Shown here: positions 29,207-39,970 of the stretch, in pieces | Position numbering within the stretch: the first letter of the stretch is position 1 | Layout of the letters: each line of letters begins with the position of its first letter | NCBI GenBank assembly: GCA_045540655.1 | Contig: JAZQHP010000032.1 | Span: forward strand, 1,801-65,800 | Length of the DNA: 64,000 bases | Reading direction: 5' to 3' | DNA from: Acutalibacteraceae bacterium | GTDB taxonomy: Bacteria > Bacillota > Clostridia > Oscillospirales > Acutalibacteraceae | Position numbers and translations under genes: made by a program | Notes under the pieces: generated by a model | Databases searched by the model: none | What the model saw: only the letters and a program-made list of their open reading frames with translations | What the model was told of the DNA's origin: nothing

Positions 29207-29280
29207 ATAAAAGTATAATTGTATACAAAACTGCCTATGGTTTATATATAGTGTTTGAATTCTGAAACGGAGGATACCAA

Positions 29281-31152
29281 GTGACTACTGAAACCAAAAC
29301 TACAAAAACCACCAAAAGTAAAACCAATACGAAAGCGCCTCGTGCCGCTAAAAATAACACGACAAAAACGAAAAAGACTACGCCCGGAAAGACGATTTCA
29401 AACGAGCCGAAAAGCAACAACCCCACTAAAAACACCAAGCAAAACCATAAGCCTGCCAAACGCAATTATACGAGAAGACAACCCGCGAAGCCGGCTGTGC
29501 CTGTTAAAATCACCTGTCTGGGCGGTCTCAATGAAATCGGTAAGAATATTACGTTGATCGAATATGAAAACGATGCATTTCTGATCGACTGCGGCATGGC
29601 GTTTCCCGAAAGCGACATGCTCGGTGTAGACATTGTGTTGCCCGATTTTTCCCACCTTGCCAAAATCAAAGATCGCATCCGCGGCGTGGTGCTTACCCAC
29701 GGACACGAAGACCATATAGGCGGTCTGCCGTATCTGCTGAAAGAATACGATCTGCCGCTTTACGGCACACAACTGACACTGGCGCTTGTACAGTCCAAGC
29801 TCAAAGAGCACGGTCTTGCCGATAAGGTGAAATTGAATATTGTGAAGCCCGGTGATATCGTTCCGATGGGGGCGATGTCGGTGGAATTTATCGCCGTAAA
29901 CCACTCGATTCCCGATGCTGTCGGTCTTGCCATCAAAACGCCGCATGGCTATCTGGTACACACCGGCGACTTCAAAATCGATTTTACGCCGATTTCGGGC
30001 GATGTCATTGACCTTGCGCGCTTCGGCGAACTCGGCAAACAAGGTGTGCTGGCGCTGATGGCCGATTCCACGAATGTGGAACGCCCCGGTTTTACGCCCA
30101 GCGAGCGTGTCGTCGGCGAAAGCTTTGTGAAGCTGTTCAGCAAAGCGAAAAACCGCCGTATTATCATCGCTACCTTCTCATCCAACCTGCACCGCATTCA
30201 GCAGATCGTCGACGTGGCGCAGACGCAGGGGAGAAAAGTGGCAGTTTCCGGGCGTAGCATGATCAATTACGTCAACATCGCCAAGGAACTCGGCTATCTT
30301 CGTCTGCCGGACGGTATCATGATTGAGATGGATGCCATCAATCAGTATCCCAAAGACAAAGTCATCATCTGTACCACAGGCAGTCAGGGCGAACCGATGT
30401 CGGCGTTAACCCGTATGGCATTTTCGGATCATCGCCAGGTGGAAGTCGGTCCTGAGGATTATATCATCATCTCCGCAACGCCCATTCCCGGTAATGAAAA
30501 AGCGGTTACCAAGGTTGTCAATGAGCTGATGCGTCGCGGGTGTCAGGTGGTTTACGAGAAAATGTACGACGTGCATACCTCGGGACACGCGTGCCAGGAG
30601 GAGCTTAAAATTATTCATACGCTTACCAAACCGCGGTATTTCATCCCTGTGCACGGCGAACAAAAACATCTGCACAAACATATTGATCTCGCCAAATCGC
30701 TCGGCATGACCGATGACCGCGTCCTTATTTCCGATATCGGCAAAGTCATCGAGCTGAGCCCCGACAAAATGGTCGTTAACTCGACGGTGCAGGCGGGACG
30801 CGTGCTGGTCGACGGACTGGGCATCGGCGACGTTGGCAGTATCGTTCTTCGCGACCGTCGCCATCTGGCAGAAGACGGTATCCTGGTCATTGTCGCCGCC
30901 ATTGATCCGATCACGGCAACCATCGTGTCCGGTCCCGATATCGTTTCCCGCGGCTTTGTGTATGTACGCGAAGCTGAGCAACTCATGGAGGATGCCAAAG
31001 CGATCGCCGAACGAGTGATTGAAAACTGCATCCGCCACAATCCGTACGATTGGAACACCATGAAATCGCGCGTCCGCGACGAGTTGTCCAGAATGCTGTT
31101 CCAAAAAACCAAAAAGAGTCCGATTGTATTGCCTATTATCATGGATGTGTGA
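29281..31152 (+). CDS. rnj: Ribonuclease J with a Lys/Thr/Asn/Pro-rich N-terminal extension of about 75 aa
   Basis: Metallo-beta-lactamase HGHEDHIGGLPY, GGLNEIGKN, beta-CASP and C-terminal domains. GGAGGA RBS lies 6 nt before GTG 29281. There is no in-frame ATG before the catalytic core. Confidence 0.92.
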   Translation: MTTETKTTKTTKSKTNTKAPRAAKNNTTKTKKTTPGKTISNEPKSNNPTKNTKQNHKPAKRNYTRRQPAKPAVPVKITCLGGLNEIGKNITLIEYENDAFLIDCGMAFPESDMLGVDIVLPDFSHLAKIKDRIRGVVLTHGHEDHIGGLPYLLKEYDLPLYGTQLTLALVQSKLKEHGLADKVKLNIVKPGDIVPMGAMSVEFIAVNHSIPDAVGLAIKTPHGYLVHTGDFKIDFTPISGDVIDLARFGELGKQGVLALMADSTNVERPGFTPSERVVGESFVKLFSKAKNRRIIIATFSSNLHRIQQIVDVAQTQGRKVAVSGRSMINYVNIAKELGYLRLPDGIMIEMDAINQYPKDKVIICTTGSQGEPMSALTRMAFSDHRQVEVGPEDYIIISATPIPGNEKAVTKVVNELMRRGCQVVYEKMYDVHTSGHACQEELKIIHTLTKPRYFIPVHGEQKHLHKHIDLAKSLGMTDDRVLISDIGKVIELSPDKMVVNSTVQAGRVLVDGLGIGDVGSIVLRDRRHLAEDGILVIVAAIDPITATIVSGPDIVSRGFVYVREAEQLMEDAKAIAERVIENCIRHNPYDWNTMKSRVRDELSRMLFQKTKKSPIVLPIIMDV

Positions 31153-31179
31153 TCGGCTCGACACCATTGAGGTACGAAT

Positions 31180-33156
31180 ATGAAACATGCACGACTGTTT
31201 CACATGGCCCCGCTGGTCTGGGGGCTTTGTGCGGCATTGTTTATAGTGTCGGGAGTGACCTGGTTTTTAAACCCCTTTGTGGCGTATATTGAGCTCGGAT
31301 TCAGCGCGTTGCTTCTGGTGGTGTGTCTGATCTACACGATTTCGCATCAACGCGTCATCGATCGCTATATCCGCCGCGTATTGAAGCATATCGACGAAAC
31401 CAATGAACAGTCCTTGTCGTATACGCCGCTTCCCGTGCTGGCGATTACCGCCGATCATCAGATTCTTTGGCACAACGCCTTTTTTGAAGCACAGGTGATG
31501 GAGGGGATCTCCTGCAAGGGAAAGCGTGTAGAGGATTGCTTTACGGGTCTGGATGTCAAGGATCTGTATTCCAACAATCAGCTTGAGCTGGACGTCAACG
31601 GACGTCATTACATTGTATATGTCAGCCGATTGACCGTGCGCAACAACGATCTGTTTGTCATGTACTTTCTGGATGTAACCACCATTCATCACAACTCCGA
31701 GGAATATCTTGCCACGCGTCCGGTTGCTTTGCTGATTCAGATGGATAATCTGGATGAATTGATGCAGGAAATCCGCGCGGGTGAATGCGCGCGCGTCGCC
31801 GCGCAGGTGGAGACAACCATTGAGGATTGGCTCAGCTTTACGAACGGTATTCTGCGCAAATACGATGATAACCGCTTGATCGCTATTGTCGAAAAGCGCT
31901 ACCTGCCGCAAATGACTGAAGATCGTTTCAGCGTGCTGGATCGTGTCCGTGCCATCCCCGTAGAAGGCGGCTCCGCTATCACATTGTCGATCGGCGTCGG
32001 TGAAGGCATCGATTTTAAGAAAGCCGAAAAATCCGCCAAGCAAGCCATGGATATGGCGCTCGGTCGCGGCGGAGATCAGGCGGCGGTACGCACCGGAAAC
32101 GGCTTTGAATTTTACGGTGGTCTGTCCAAAGGCGTCGAGAAAAAAACCAAGGTACGCACCCGTATCATGGCATCCGCTTTGCAGGATTTGATTGCGGCGG
32201 CGGATAACGTGTTGGTGATGGGACATCGTTTTTCCGATCTGGACAGCGTCGGATCGGGTTTGGTGATGACATCGGTTTGCCGCGCACTCGGCAAGCAAGC
32301 CCATTTGGTCGTATCCCGCAAAACCACACTCGCCGACGAATTGTTCGTACGGTTTGATAAGGCAGGGAGAGACGATCTGTATGTATCTCCCGAAACGGCT
32401 GTGACGTTTATCCGACCGAAAACCTTGCTGATCATCACCGATACTCAGATCAAGTCCCTGCTGGAATCCAAACATATTTACGATGCCGTTCATTCGGTCG
32501 CTGTGATCGATCATCATCGCAAAATGGTCGATCATATCGACAAGGCACTGCTGTTTTATCACGAATCCTACGCCAGCTCCGCTTGCGAAATGGTCACGGA
32601 ACTCGTGCAATACATGGATGTTCCCGCCATTTCGGCACTGGAAGCGGAAGCCTTGCTGGCAGGCATTATGCTGGACACGCGTAACTTTGTGCTCAAAGCA
32701 GGTGTCCGTACCTTTGAAGCCGCCGCATTTCTCCGCAAACGCGGTGCCGATACAGTGTCGGTCAAAACCATCTTCTCCGGAAGCATGGAATCCTATCGGA
32801 AGAAAGCCGACATTATCGCCGGTGCTTTCTTCTATAAGCAAACGGCGATCGCCTGTGCTGAAACCAACCACACGCCGCCACCGGAAATGCGTATAGCCTG
32901 TTCGCAAGCGGCAGACGAACTGCTGTCGGTCAAAGATATCGATGCCGCCTTTGCGATGTTTGAGGATAACGGCACCATCAACATATCCGCTCGGTCTTAC
33001 GGCAATTTCAACGTCCAGCTCGTTATGGAATATCTCGGTGGCGGCGGACATCTGACGATGGCAGGAGCGCAAATCAAGCACTCCACCATGGACGATTGTA
33101 CTGTCGCTCTGAAAGCGGCAATTGACCGCTATTACACAGAACACGCTACGAAATAA
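31180..33156 (+). CDS. gdpP: GdpP/YybT-type DHH-DHHA1 phosphodiesterase (c-di-AMP PDE family)
   Basis: Two N-terminal TM helices, PAS-like and degenerate GGDEF regions, DHH motifs [13 protein letters not shown] and VIDHHRK, DHHA1 GGGGH. Confidence 0.85.
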   Translation: MKHARLFHMAPLVWGLCAALFIVSGVTWFLNPFVAYIELGFSALLLVVCLIYTISHQRVIDRYIRRVLKHIDETNEQSLSYTPLPVLAITADHQILWHNAFFEAQVMEGISCKGKRVEDCFTGLDVKDLYSNNQLELDVNGRHYIVYVSRLTVRNNDLFVMYFLDVTTIHHNSEEYLATRPVALLIQMDNLDELMQEIRAGECARVAAQVETTIEDWLSFTNGILRKYDDNRLIAIVEKRYLPQMTEDRFSVLDRVRAIPVEGGSAITLSIGVGEGIDFKKAEKSAKQAMDMALGRGGDQAAVRTGNGFEFYGGLSKGVEKKTKVRTRIMASALQDLIAAADNVLVMGHRFSDLDSVGSGLVMTSVCRALGKQAHLVVSRKTTLADELFVRFDKAGRDDLYVSPETAVTFIRPKTLLIITDTQIKSLLESKHIYDAVHSVAVIDHHRKMVDHIDKALLFYHESYASSACEMVTELVQYMDVPAISALEAEALLAGIMLDTRNFVLKAGVRTFEAAAFLRKRGADTVSVKTIFSGSMESYRKKADIIAGAFFYKQTAIACAETNHTPPPEMRIACSQAADELLSVKDIDAAFAMFEDNGTINISARSYGNFNVQLVMEYLGGGGHLTMAGAQIKHSTMDDCTVALKAAIDRYYTEHATK

Positions 33157-33176
33157 ACTCTTGGGAGGAAACCGAT

Positions 33177-33617
33177 ATGAAAGTCATTTTGTTACAAGAT
33201 GTGAAAGGTCAAGGTAAGAAAGGGGAACTGGTGTCTGTCTCTGACGGATACGCCCGCAACTTCCTGTTGCCCAGAAATCTCGCCATGATCGCTGATTCGC
33301 AGGCGATGAACGATTTGCGCAACAAAGAGGCTTCGGTGCAATATCACCGCGAAATGGACAAAAAAGCAGCTGAAGAAGCCGCCGCACAACTGAAGGACAA
33401 GACCATCACCATTCACGCCAAAGCCGGTCAGAAAGGAAAGCTGTTCGGCTCCGTAACCACCAAAGAAGTGTCCGAAGCCGTTGAAAAGCAAACGGGTGTG
33501 AGTGTGGACAAGAGAAAAATCTCCATGAAGGATATCAAAGCGTTTGGTACATATTCTGCGGAGATCAAGTTCACACAAGGTGTTACAACGACCATTAACG
33601 TTGACGTGACCGAATAA
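33177..33617 (+). CDS. rplI: 50S ribosomal protein L9
   Basis: [32 protein letters not shown]. Confidence 0.95.
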   Translation: MKVILLQDVKGQGKKGELVSVSDGYARNFLLPRNLAMIADSQAMNDLRNKEASVQYHREMDKKAAEEAAAQLKDKTITIHAKAGQKGKLFGSVTTKEVSEAVEKQTGVSVDKRKISMKDIKAFGTYSAEIKFTQGVTTTINVDVTE

Positions 33618-33644
33618 TCGTTCAAAAAAGGGAGAGAAAACACC

Positions 33645-35006
33645 GTGGCAGACAATACTTTGGAAACCGACGGCCTGCATTTGCCGTACAGTCTTGAAGC
33701 GGAGCAGTCGGTTCTGGGTGCCATTTTGATGCAACCGGATGCACTGAATCAGGTGATGGATATCCTTAACGCCAATCACTTTTATTTGCCTGAGCATCAA
33801 TCTATTTACCGCGTGATGACCAGCCGCTCTCTGTCATCGCAGGTGATTGATATTGTTACAATCCTCGATGATCTGAAGGCGGAAGAATTCTTTTCGACGC
33901 AGGACGGACGGGCATATCTCATCAAATTGGCACAAATAGTGCCGTCGATTCACAACATCCGCACGTATGCGACCATCGTCAAAGAAAAAGCGGACGTGCG
34001 GCGATTGGTACAAGCAGCACAGGAAATTATCAAGGACGCCATGAATCCCGGGATTCAGCCGTCCACCTTACTGGATTCCGCTGAACAAAAAATTTATGAT
34101 ATTCGTCAGGAACGCCAGACCGGATCGCTTCGTCCGATTGCAGAGGTTATCAATGAAGCGTACGATACATTCAACAAGCTGGCGGATCCCGTCGAGCGGG
34201 CGAATTACGTCGGTATTCCGAGCGGCATCGGATCACTCGACACCCTGACAACCGGTCTGAACCGCTCCGACCTGATTATTGTCGGCGCGCGTCCCGGTAT
34301 GGGTAAAACCAGTTTTGCGCTGAATATCGCCCGCAACGTAGCGTTGTTGCAAAAGAAGACGGTCGTATTTTTCAATCTGGAAATGTCCTGTGAACAGATG
34401 GTCAACCGTATGCTGTCTTCCGAAGCGCGCGTATCCGGTAAAAAACTGCGTACCGGCGAGATTTTGCCGGACGAATGGACGTGTATTGCCAAAGCGGGTA
34501 ACGTCTTGTGCGAAGCACCGATCTACCTGGATGATACCGCCAGCATCACCGTACCCGAAATGATGGCACGCGTTCGCCGCATTAAGGATGTCGGTCTGGT
34601 GATTATCGACTATTTGCAGTTGATGCATCACACCAAGCGCACCGATAACCGTGTGCAGGAAGTGTCGGAAATCACCCGTTCGCTGAAAATTATGGCGAAG
34701 GAACTGAACATTCCCGTGCTCGTCTGCGCTCAGCTGGCGCGTACAACCGAAAAGCAATCCAATCACCGTCCGGCACTGGCGGATCTTCGTGAATCCGGCT
34801 CCATCGAACAGGACGCCGATCAGGTGTTGTTCCTGTACCGTGATGATTACTATAAAAACGAGAAGGACAACCCCGACAGTGTCGATGCCAATACATCGGA
34901 AGTGATCGTTGCCAAGAATCGTCACGGCGAGCTTGGTACGGTGCATCTGGCCTGGAGCGGCGAATTTACGCAGTTTACCGGCATTGATTTGCATCACAAC
35001 GGCTAA
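33645..35006 (+). CDS. dnaB: Replicative DNA helicase DnaB
   Basis: LPYSLEAEQSVLGAIL, Walker A GARPGMGKTSFALN, IIDYLQLM, SGSIEQDAD. GTG start. Confidence 0.95.
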   Translation: MADNTLETDGLHLPYSLEAEQSVLGAILMQPDALNQVMDILNANHFYLPEHQSIYRVMTSRSLSSQVIDIVTILDDLKAEEFFSTQDGRAYLIKLAQIVPSIHNIRTYATIVKEKADVRRLVQAAQEIIKDAMNPGIQPSTLLDSAEQKIYDIRQERQTGSLRPIAEVINEAYDTFNKLADPVERANYVGIPSGIGSLDTLTTGLNRSDLIIVGARPGMGKTSFALNIARNVALLQKKTVVFFNLEMSCEQMVNRMLSSEARVSGKKLRTGEILPDEWTCIAKAGNVLCEAPIYLDDTASITVPEMMARVRRIKDVGLVIIDYLQLMHHTKRTDNRVQEVSEITRSLKIMAKELNIPVLVCAQLARTTEKQSNHRPALADLRESGSIEQDADQVLFLYRDDYYKNEKDNPDSVDANTSEVIVAKNRHGELGTVHLAWSGEFTQFTGIDLHHNG

Positions 35007-35024
35007 AAGAGGTGAAACCGATTG

Positions 35025-36416
35025 ATGATGCATCCGTTAATTGAAAACGTTCACCGTACTGTTCTACAGCATCGGCTGTTTGAACGCGGAGACGCCGTGG
35101 TGATCGGGTTATCGGGCGGTGCGGATTCCGTAGCACTATTGCACGCTCTGCTGACTTTAAAAGAGCCTTTACAGTTGTCCACCATCCACGCGGCACATCT
35201 GCATCACGGACTGCGCGGTGCGAGTGCCGACCGCGATGAGGCGTTTGTCCGCGCGCTGTGCCATGCACTGTCCGTTCCTTTGACGGTGGTTCACGCCGAT
35301 GTTGCCAAAGAGGCGAAGCTCCACAGCGAAACCGTAGAGGAGGCGGGTCGGCGTCTGCGCTACGCCTTGTTCGATACCGTGGCTGAGACAATAGAAGGAC
35401 AGGTTAAAATCGCCGTCGCCCATCATGCAGACGATCAGGCGGAAACCGTTTTGTTTCATGTGATTCGCGGCACAGGCATCAAAGGACTCCGTGGGATACC
35501 GATAAAGCGCGCAAATATTGTCCGCCCGCTTATGGAGTGCTCCGCTGTATCCATCCGTCAATTTTGCAGAGAACAACAGCTATCGTTCATGATCGATGAA
35601 ACCAACGATCAACTCGATTATACACGCAATCGCATCCGACACACGTTGTTGCCGGAGATGAAAAAAATCAACAGCGGCGTTGTCGATCATCTTTGCTGTC
35701 TTTCGCAAATTGCCACGGAGGAAGATGCTTTTCTGGAAGACCTTGCCGCTCAACTGATTGACCGTGCCGCGTTGGCAGTCGGTTACTGTCTCAAAACATT
35801 GCGAGCGGCTCCCGATGTGATTTGTAAACGCGCCTTGATGCAACTGGTACTCTCCCGGATCGGAGTTGCTCCGGACCACGCACAAACCGAAGCGCTGTTG
35901 CGCACAGTGAAAGAGGGGGGACGCTTCGGCGGTTTACCGCATCGATGGATCGCGGTATGCGAACACGGCGTATTACTGTTTATTCACGAATCCGAGCAAA
36001 CAGAAGTGACGGATAACCTGCCGATTCCCGTATCTCTTGATACTCCGACAGACTATCATAATACGACGATTCGCACGAAACGCATATCCTACGATGAATT
36101 TTTGGAAAAATCAAAAATTCACAAAAATTTTGTACATTATTGCGTATCCTATGATATGATACGAGGGAACCTTTACGTTCGTTCAAGACAAAGCGGAGAT
36201 CGTATTCACCCGATGTCTCAAAAGGAAGGCAAATCCCTCAAAAAGCTCTTCAATGAGCACAAAATCCCAACACCGCTTCGCTCACATCTGCCGATTCTTT
36301 GCGACGATGAGGGAGTGGTAGCGGTGCCGGGAGTGGCGGTGGATATCCGCGCGGCGGTTACACCGACAACCAAACATATTGTTGTATTTGAATATGATCA
36401 TTCAAAATCAGTTTAA
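35025..36416 (+). CDS. tilS: tRNA(Ile)-lysidine synthetase
   Basis: PP-loop GLSGGADSVAL and a C-terminal TilS domain. TTG 35022 or ATG 35028 are alternative starts. Confidence 0.9.
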   Translation: MMHPLIENVHRTVLQHRLFERGDAVVIGLSGGADSVALLHALLTLKEPLQLSTIHAAHLHHGLRGASADRDEAFVRALCHALSVPLTVVHADVAKEAKLHSETVEEAGRRLRYALFDTVAETIEGQVKIAVAHHADDQAETVLFHVIRGTGIKGLRGIPIKRANIVRPLMECSAVSIRQFCREQQLSFMIDETNDQLDYTRNRIRHTLLPEMKKINSGVVDHLCCLSQIATEEDAFLEDLAAQLIDRAALAVGYCLKTLRAAPDVICKRALMQLVLSRIGVAPDHAQTEALLRTVKEGGRFGGLPHRWIAVCEHGVLLFIHESEQTEVTDNLPIPVSLDTPTDYHNTTIRTKRISYDEFLEKSKIHKNFVHYCVSYDMIRGNLYVRSRQSGDRIHPMSQKEGKSLKKLFNEHKIPTPLRSHLPILCDDEGVVAVPGVAVDIRAAVTPTTKHIVVFEYDHSKSV

Positions 36417-36435
36417 AGAAAAGGATGGGATCTTT

Positions 36436-36981
36436 ATGTCAATGCACGATCAAATCGCGGAAGTATTATTCAGCGAGGAAGATATTCAGGCCGTCGTCAA
36501 ACGGATCGGTGCGGAAATTTCCCGCGACTATAAAGATAAGAATCTGTTTCTGGTGACGGTACTGAAAGGCTCTTTGGTATTTATGGCAGATCTGATGCGT
36601 GCGATTGATATTCCGTGTGCCATCGATTTTCTTTCCGTTTCCAGCTACAAAAGCGGCACCACCACTTCGGGTGAAGTCCAGATCATCAAAGACCTCAACT
36701 GCCCGCTGGCCGATAAAGATGTTCTGATCGTCGAGGATATTCTGGACTCCGGCGTGACACTGAACTTCCTCATGAAGAATCTGTCCGCCCGAAATCCGAA
36801 AAGCATTCAGCTGTGCACACTGCTGGATAAGCCCGACCGCCGTCGCGTCGACGTGTTCCCGCAATATGTCGGCATGCAGGTGGAGGATAAATTTATCGTC
36901 GGTTACGGTCTGGATTACGATGAACAATATCGCAATCTGCCGTACATCGGTGTGCTCAAACCCGAGGCGTATTCCTCGTAA
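36436..36981 (+). CDS. hpt: Hypoxanthine phosphoribosyltransferase
   Basis: PRPP motif VLIVEDILDSGVTL, FIVGYGLDY. AAAGGATGG RBS precedes ATG 36436. Confidence 0.92.
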   Translation: MSMHDQIAEVLFSEEDIQAVVKRIGAEISRDYKDKNLFLVTVLKGSLVFMADLMRAIDIPCAIDFLSVSSYKSGTTTSGEVQIIKDLNCPLADKDVLIVEDILDSGVTLNFLMKNLSARNPKSIQLCTLLDKPDRRRVDVFPQYVGMQVEDKFIVGYGLDYDEQYRNLPYIGVLKPEAYSS

Positions 36982-37016
36982 TTTTCTTTTACATTATTGA
37001 TTAAGGAGGGATTCGC

Positions 37017-38981
37017 ATGGAGCCCAATCGTAAGGACAACAGCAAATGGATTCGCAATGCTGTTGTCATCGGCGCGCTGTTGTTGCTGGTTGCCGGTTTC
37101 TTCGCCTTCGTAATGAAGATGTCGGACACTGCTGAAAAAACGCCGTATTCCGAATATATTTCGTATTTTGAGGACGGCAAGGTAGAGTCATTTTATCTGG
37201 ACCTGAACAACGGCAAGCTGAAATTGCTGCTGAAAGAAAACTATCGTACCGATGTCAACAAGGATGGTAAAACAGACGAGAACGATGTCATCAAATACAC
37301 GGTGCCCGAAATCAATCTGTTCTATGATAACATTAAGGACATCGTCAAGGAAGCCAACACGGATGACGATCCTTCAAACGACATCAAAGAATACGACTAC
37401 AAGCCTGTTCAGCAAATCCCGGCGGTATTGAGTGCGTTGCCGACGCTGATGATTATCGTGTTCGTTGTGATCATGATTCTGATGATGCGTCGATCGCTTT
37501 CGGGTATGGACGGCGGCAAAGCCATGAGTTTTGGCAAAGCCAGAGTGAAACAGCCCGTCGATGAAAAGCGCAAAACCACCTTTGCCGACGTGGCAGGTGC
37601 GGACGAAGAGAAGGAAGAACTGCGCGAGATCGTTGACTTCCTCAAAGCCCCCAAAAAATTTGAAGAACTCGGCGCACGTATCCCGAAAGGAGTCCTGCTC
37701 GTCGGTCCTCCCGGTACCGGTAAAACGTTGCTTGCACGAGCGGTCGCAGGCGAAGCGGGCGTGCCGTTCTTCTCGATTTCCGGTTCGGATTTCGTGGAAA
37801 TGTATGTCGGTGTCGGTGCATCGCGTGTCCGCGATCTGTTTGATCAGGCGAAGAAAAACTCGCCCTGCATCATTTTTATCGATGAGATTGACGCGGTCGG
37901 TCGTCAGCGCGGCGCGGGTCTCGGCGGCGGTCACGACGAGCGCGAGCAGACCCTGAACCAGTTGCTGGTAGAAATGGACGGCTTTGGCGCTAACGAAGGC
38001 GTCATTATGATTGCGGCGACCAACCGCCCGGACATCCTCGATCCCGCGTTGATGCGTCCCGGTCGTTTCGATCGCCAGGTGGTCGTGAATTACCCCGATC
38101 TTAAAGGTCGTGAAGCGATTCTGAAGGTGCATGCGCGTGGCAAGCCGCTGGCTCCCGATGTGGAGCTTCGTACGATCGCGCAATCGACTGCCGGTTTTAC
38201 GGGTGCAGACCTTGAAAATCTGCTCAACGAAGCCGCCTTGCTCTCTGCCCGCAAAAATCTTCGCTCCATTACCATGGGCGAAATTGAAGAAGCGACCATC
38301 AAAGTCGTCATGGGCACGGAAAAACGCAGTCATGTGATCAGCGACAAAGAGAAAAAACTGACCGCTTATCACGAAGCCGGTCATGCGGTTGTCATGTATT
38401 ATTGCCCAACACAAGATCCTGTGCATCAGATTTCCGTGATTCCGCGCGGTATGGCAGGCGGCTATACAATGAACCTGCCGACCGAAGATCGTTCGTATCG
38501 TTCCAAGACGGAAATGCTCGAAGACATCCAGGCGTTCCTTGGCGGCCGTGTGGCGGAAGCCTTGGTACTGGACGATATTTCCACCGGTGCTTCCAACGAT
38601 ATTGAACGTGCCTCGGAAATGGCGCGCAAAATGGTCATGAAATACGGCATGAGCGCCAAGCTCGGTCCGATCATGTTCGGTGAATCTGAGTCCGGCGGTG
38701 TCTTCCTCGGACGTGATTTCGGCCACGCTCGCAATTATTCCGAAGAGGTGGCATCGGCGATCGATCGCGAAATCAGTGCGATTATCAACAATGCTTACGC
38801 CGAAACCGAACGTAAGCTGACTGAACACATGGATAAGCTCCACAAAGTAGCAGGCTATCTGTTCGAAAACGAGAAAATTGACGGTCCGGACTTCCTGGCA
38901 TTGATGTCGGATGATCCCGCACCGCAAGAAGCCGTCGAATCTCCCGACGAAACGATCGTTACCGAAGCGGACAGCGAATAA
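37017..38981 (+). CDS. ftsH: ATP-dependent zinc metalloprotease FtsH
   Basis: Walker [17 protein letters not shown] region, zinc site HEAGHAV, two TM helices. Confidence 0.96.
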   Translation: MEPNRKDNSKWIRNAVVIGALLLLVAGFFAFVMKMSDTAEKTPYSEYISYFEDGKVESFYLDLNNGKLKLLLKENYRTDVNKDGKTDENDVIKYTVPEINLFYDNIKDIVKEANTDDDPSNDIKEYDYKPVQQIPAVLSALPTLMIIVFVVIMILMMRRSLSGMDGGKAMSFGKARVKQPVDEKRKTTFADVAGADEEKEELREIVDFLKAPKKFEELGARIPKGVLLVGPPGTGKTLLARAVAGEAGVPFFSISGSDFVEMYVGVGASRVRDLFDQAKKNSPCIIFIDEIDAVGRQRGAGLGGGHDEREQTLNQLLVEMDGFGANEGVIMIAATNRPDILDPALMRPGRFDRQVVVNYPDLKGREAILKVHARGKPLAPDVELRTIAQSTAGFTGADLENLLNEAALLSARKNLRSITMGEIEEATIKVVMGTEKRSHVISDKEKKLTAYHEAGHAVVMYYCPTQDPVHQISVIPRGMAGGYTMNLPTEDRSYRSKTEMLEDIQAFLGGRVAEALVLDDISTGASNDIERASEMARKMVMKYGMSAKLGPIMFGESESGGVFLGRDFGHARNYSEEVASAIDREISAIINNAYAETERKLTEHMDKLHKVAGYLFENEKIDGPDFLALMSDDPAPQEAVESPDETIVTEADSE

Positions 38982-38985
38982 TCAC

Positions 38986-39025
38986 AAAAAAAAACACCGT
39001 CTTCCGATTGGAAGACGGTGTTTTT
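38986..39025. terminator. Bidirectional terminator between ftsH (+) and nagB (-)
   Basis: Stem CACCGTCTTCC / GGAAGACGGTG with loop GATT, A9 upstream and T5 downstream. Confidence 0.88.
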
Positions 39026-39035
39026 ACTATGTAAT

Positions 39036-39761
39036 TTACAGTTTGGAAGCGGCGCCTTCGTCCAGCATCACCGTAACATTCGGATGCAGTTGCAGGACCG
39101 AAGCAGGGCACTGCGGATCCACAGGACCGTTCACCATCGCGTAGACCGCGTCGGCTTTATCCGCGCCGGTCGCAATGATCACGATGGCCTTCGCCTTCAT
39201 GATAGAACCGATGCCCATGGTGAGCGCCTGACGCGGGACATCATCCGCCGAAGCGAAGAAACGCTTGTTGGCTTCGATGGTGCTTTCCGTCAGATCCACA
39301 ATGTGGGTCGTGGGAGGGAAGGTGTCGGTCGGCTCGTTGAACGCGATGTGACCGTTGCGACCAATACCGAGGATCTGCAGGTCAATGCCGCCCGCCGTGT
39401 CGATCGCCGCGTCATACGCTTTGCATTCCTCGGCAGGATCCGCCGCCAGACCGGACAGCACATGGATCTGCTCTTCGGGAACGTTGATGTATTGGAAAAG
39501 ATTGTCGTGCATGAAGTAGTAGTAGCTCTGATCATGATCGTGACCCAGACCGACATACTCATCGAGATTATAGGTCGTCACACCGGAGTAATCCACCGCA
39601 CCTTCCTCGTAAAGGGCCGCCATACGGCGATAAGTCGGCAGGGGAGTGGAACCGGTCGCAAGACCGAGCACCGAATTGGGCTTGGAAATGACTTGAGCGG
39701 CAAACAACGAAGCCGCTGCAGCGCCGATGGCATCGGCATTTTTGTAAACGCGTACATTCAT
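39036..39761 (-). CDS. nagB: Glucosamine-6-phosphate deaminase
   Basis: GLATGSTP, NLDEYVGL, LGIGRNGHIAFNEP. Confidence 0.92.
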   Translation of the reverse strand: MNVRVYKNADAIGAAAASLFAAQVISKPNSVLGLATGSTPLPTYRRMAALYEEGAVDYSGVTTYNLDEYVGLGHDHDQSYYYFMHDNLFQYINVPEEQIHVLSGLAADPAEECKAYDAAIDTAGGIDLQILGIGRNGHIAFNEPTDTFPPTTHIVDLTESTIEANKRFFASADDVPRQALTMGIGSIMKAKAIVIIATGADKADAVYAMVNGPVDPQCPASVLQLHPNVTVMLDEGAASKL

Positions 39762-39970
39762 GACAATCGTACATCCTTTCTTTGGCGCAAATGCGCTGTA
39801 TTCTATGTATTATTATCCTTCTTTTCCCATGAAAACCCTATATACTTTACGTCGCTAATTTTGCACATTCAGACAAATAGAAAAAAGCAGTAGACATTTG
39901 TAAAAATCTGCGTATAATAGGGGAGTGCTGGTAGAATGTAATCGAAAAGGAAATAAAAGAGGCGAAACAT

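Noticed and set aside
29221-29230. GTATACAAAA in the rnj leader, a 9-nt match to the palindrome arm TATACAAAA.
   Set aside because: A 9-mer of this AT-rich composition is expected by chance about once in 128 kb of two-strand sequence. There is no second arm and no flanking similarity.
29235-29465. A 76-aa extremely hydrophobic ORF (LVFLVGLLLFGSF...VVFFVFVVLFLA...) antisense to the 5' end of rnj. It looks like a small membrane peptide or toxin.
   Set aside because: It is the reverse complement of the AAA/ACN-rich (Lys/Thr) codons of the RNase J extension, which automatically yields Phe/Val/Leu. It has no RBS and spans the rnj start and RBS region.
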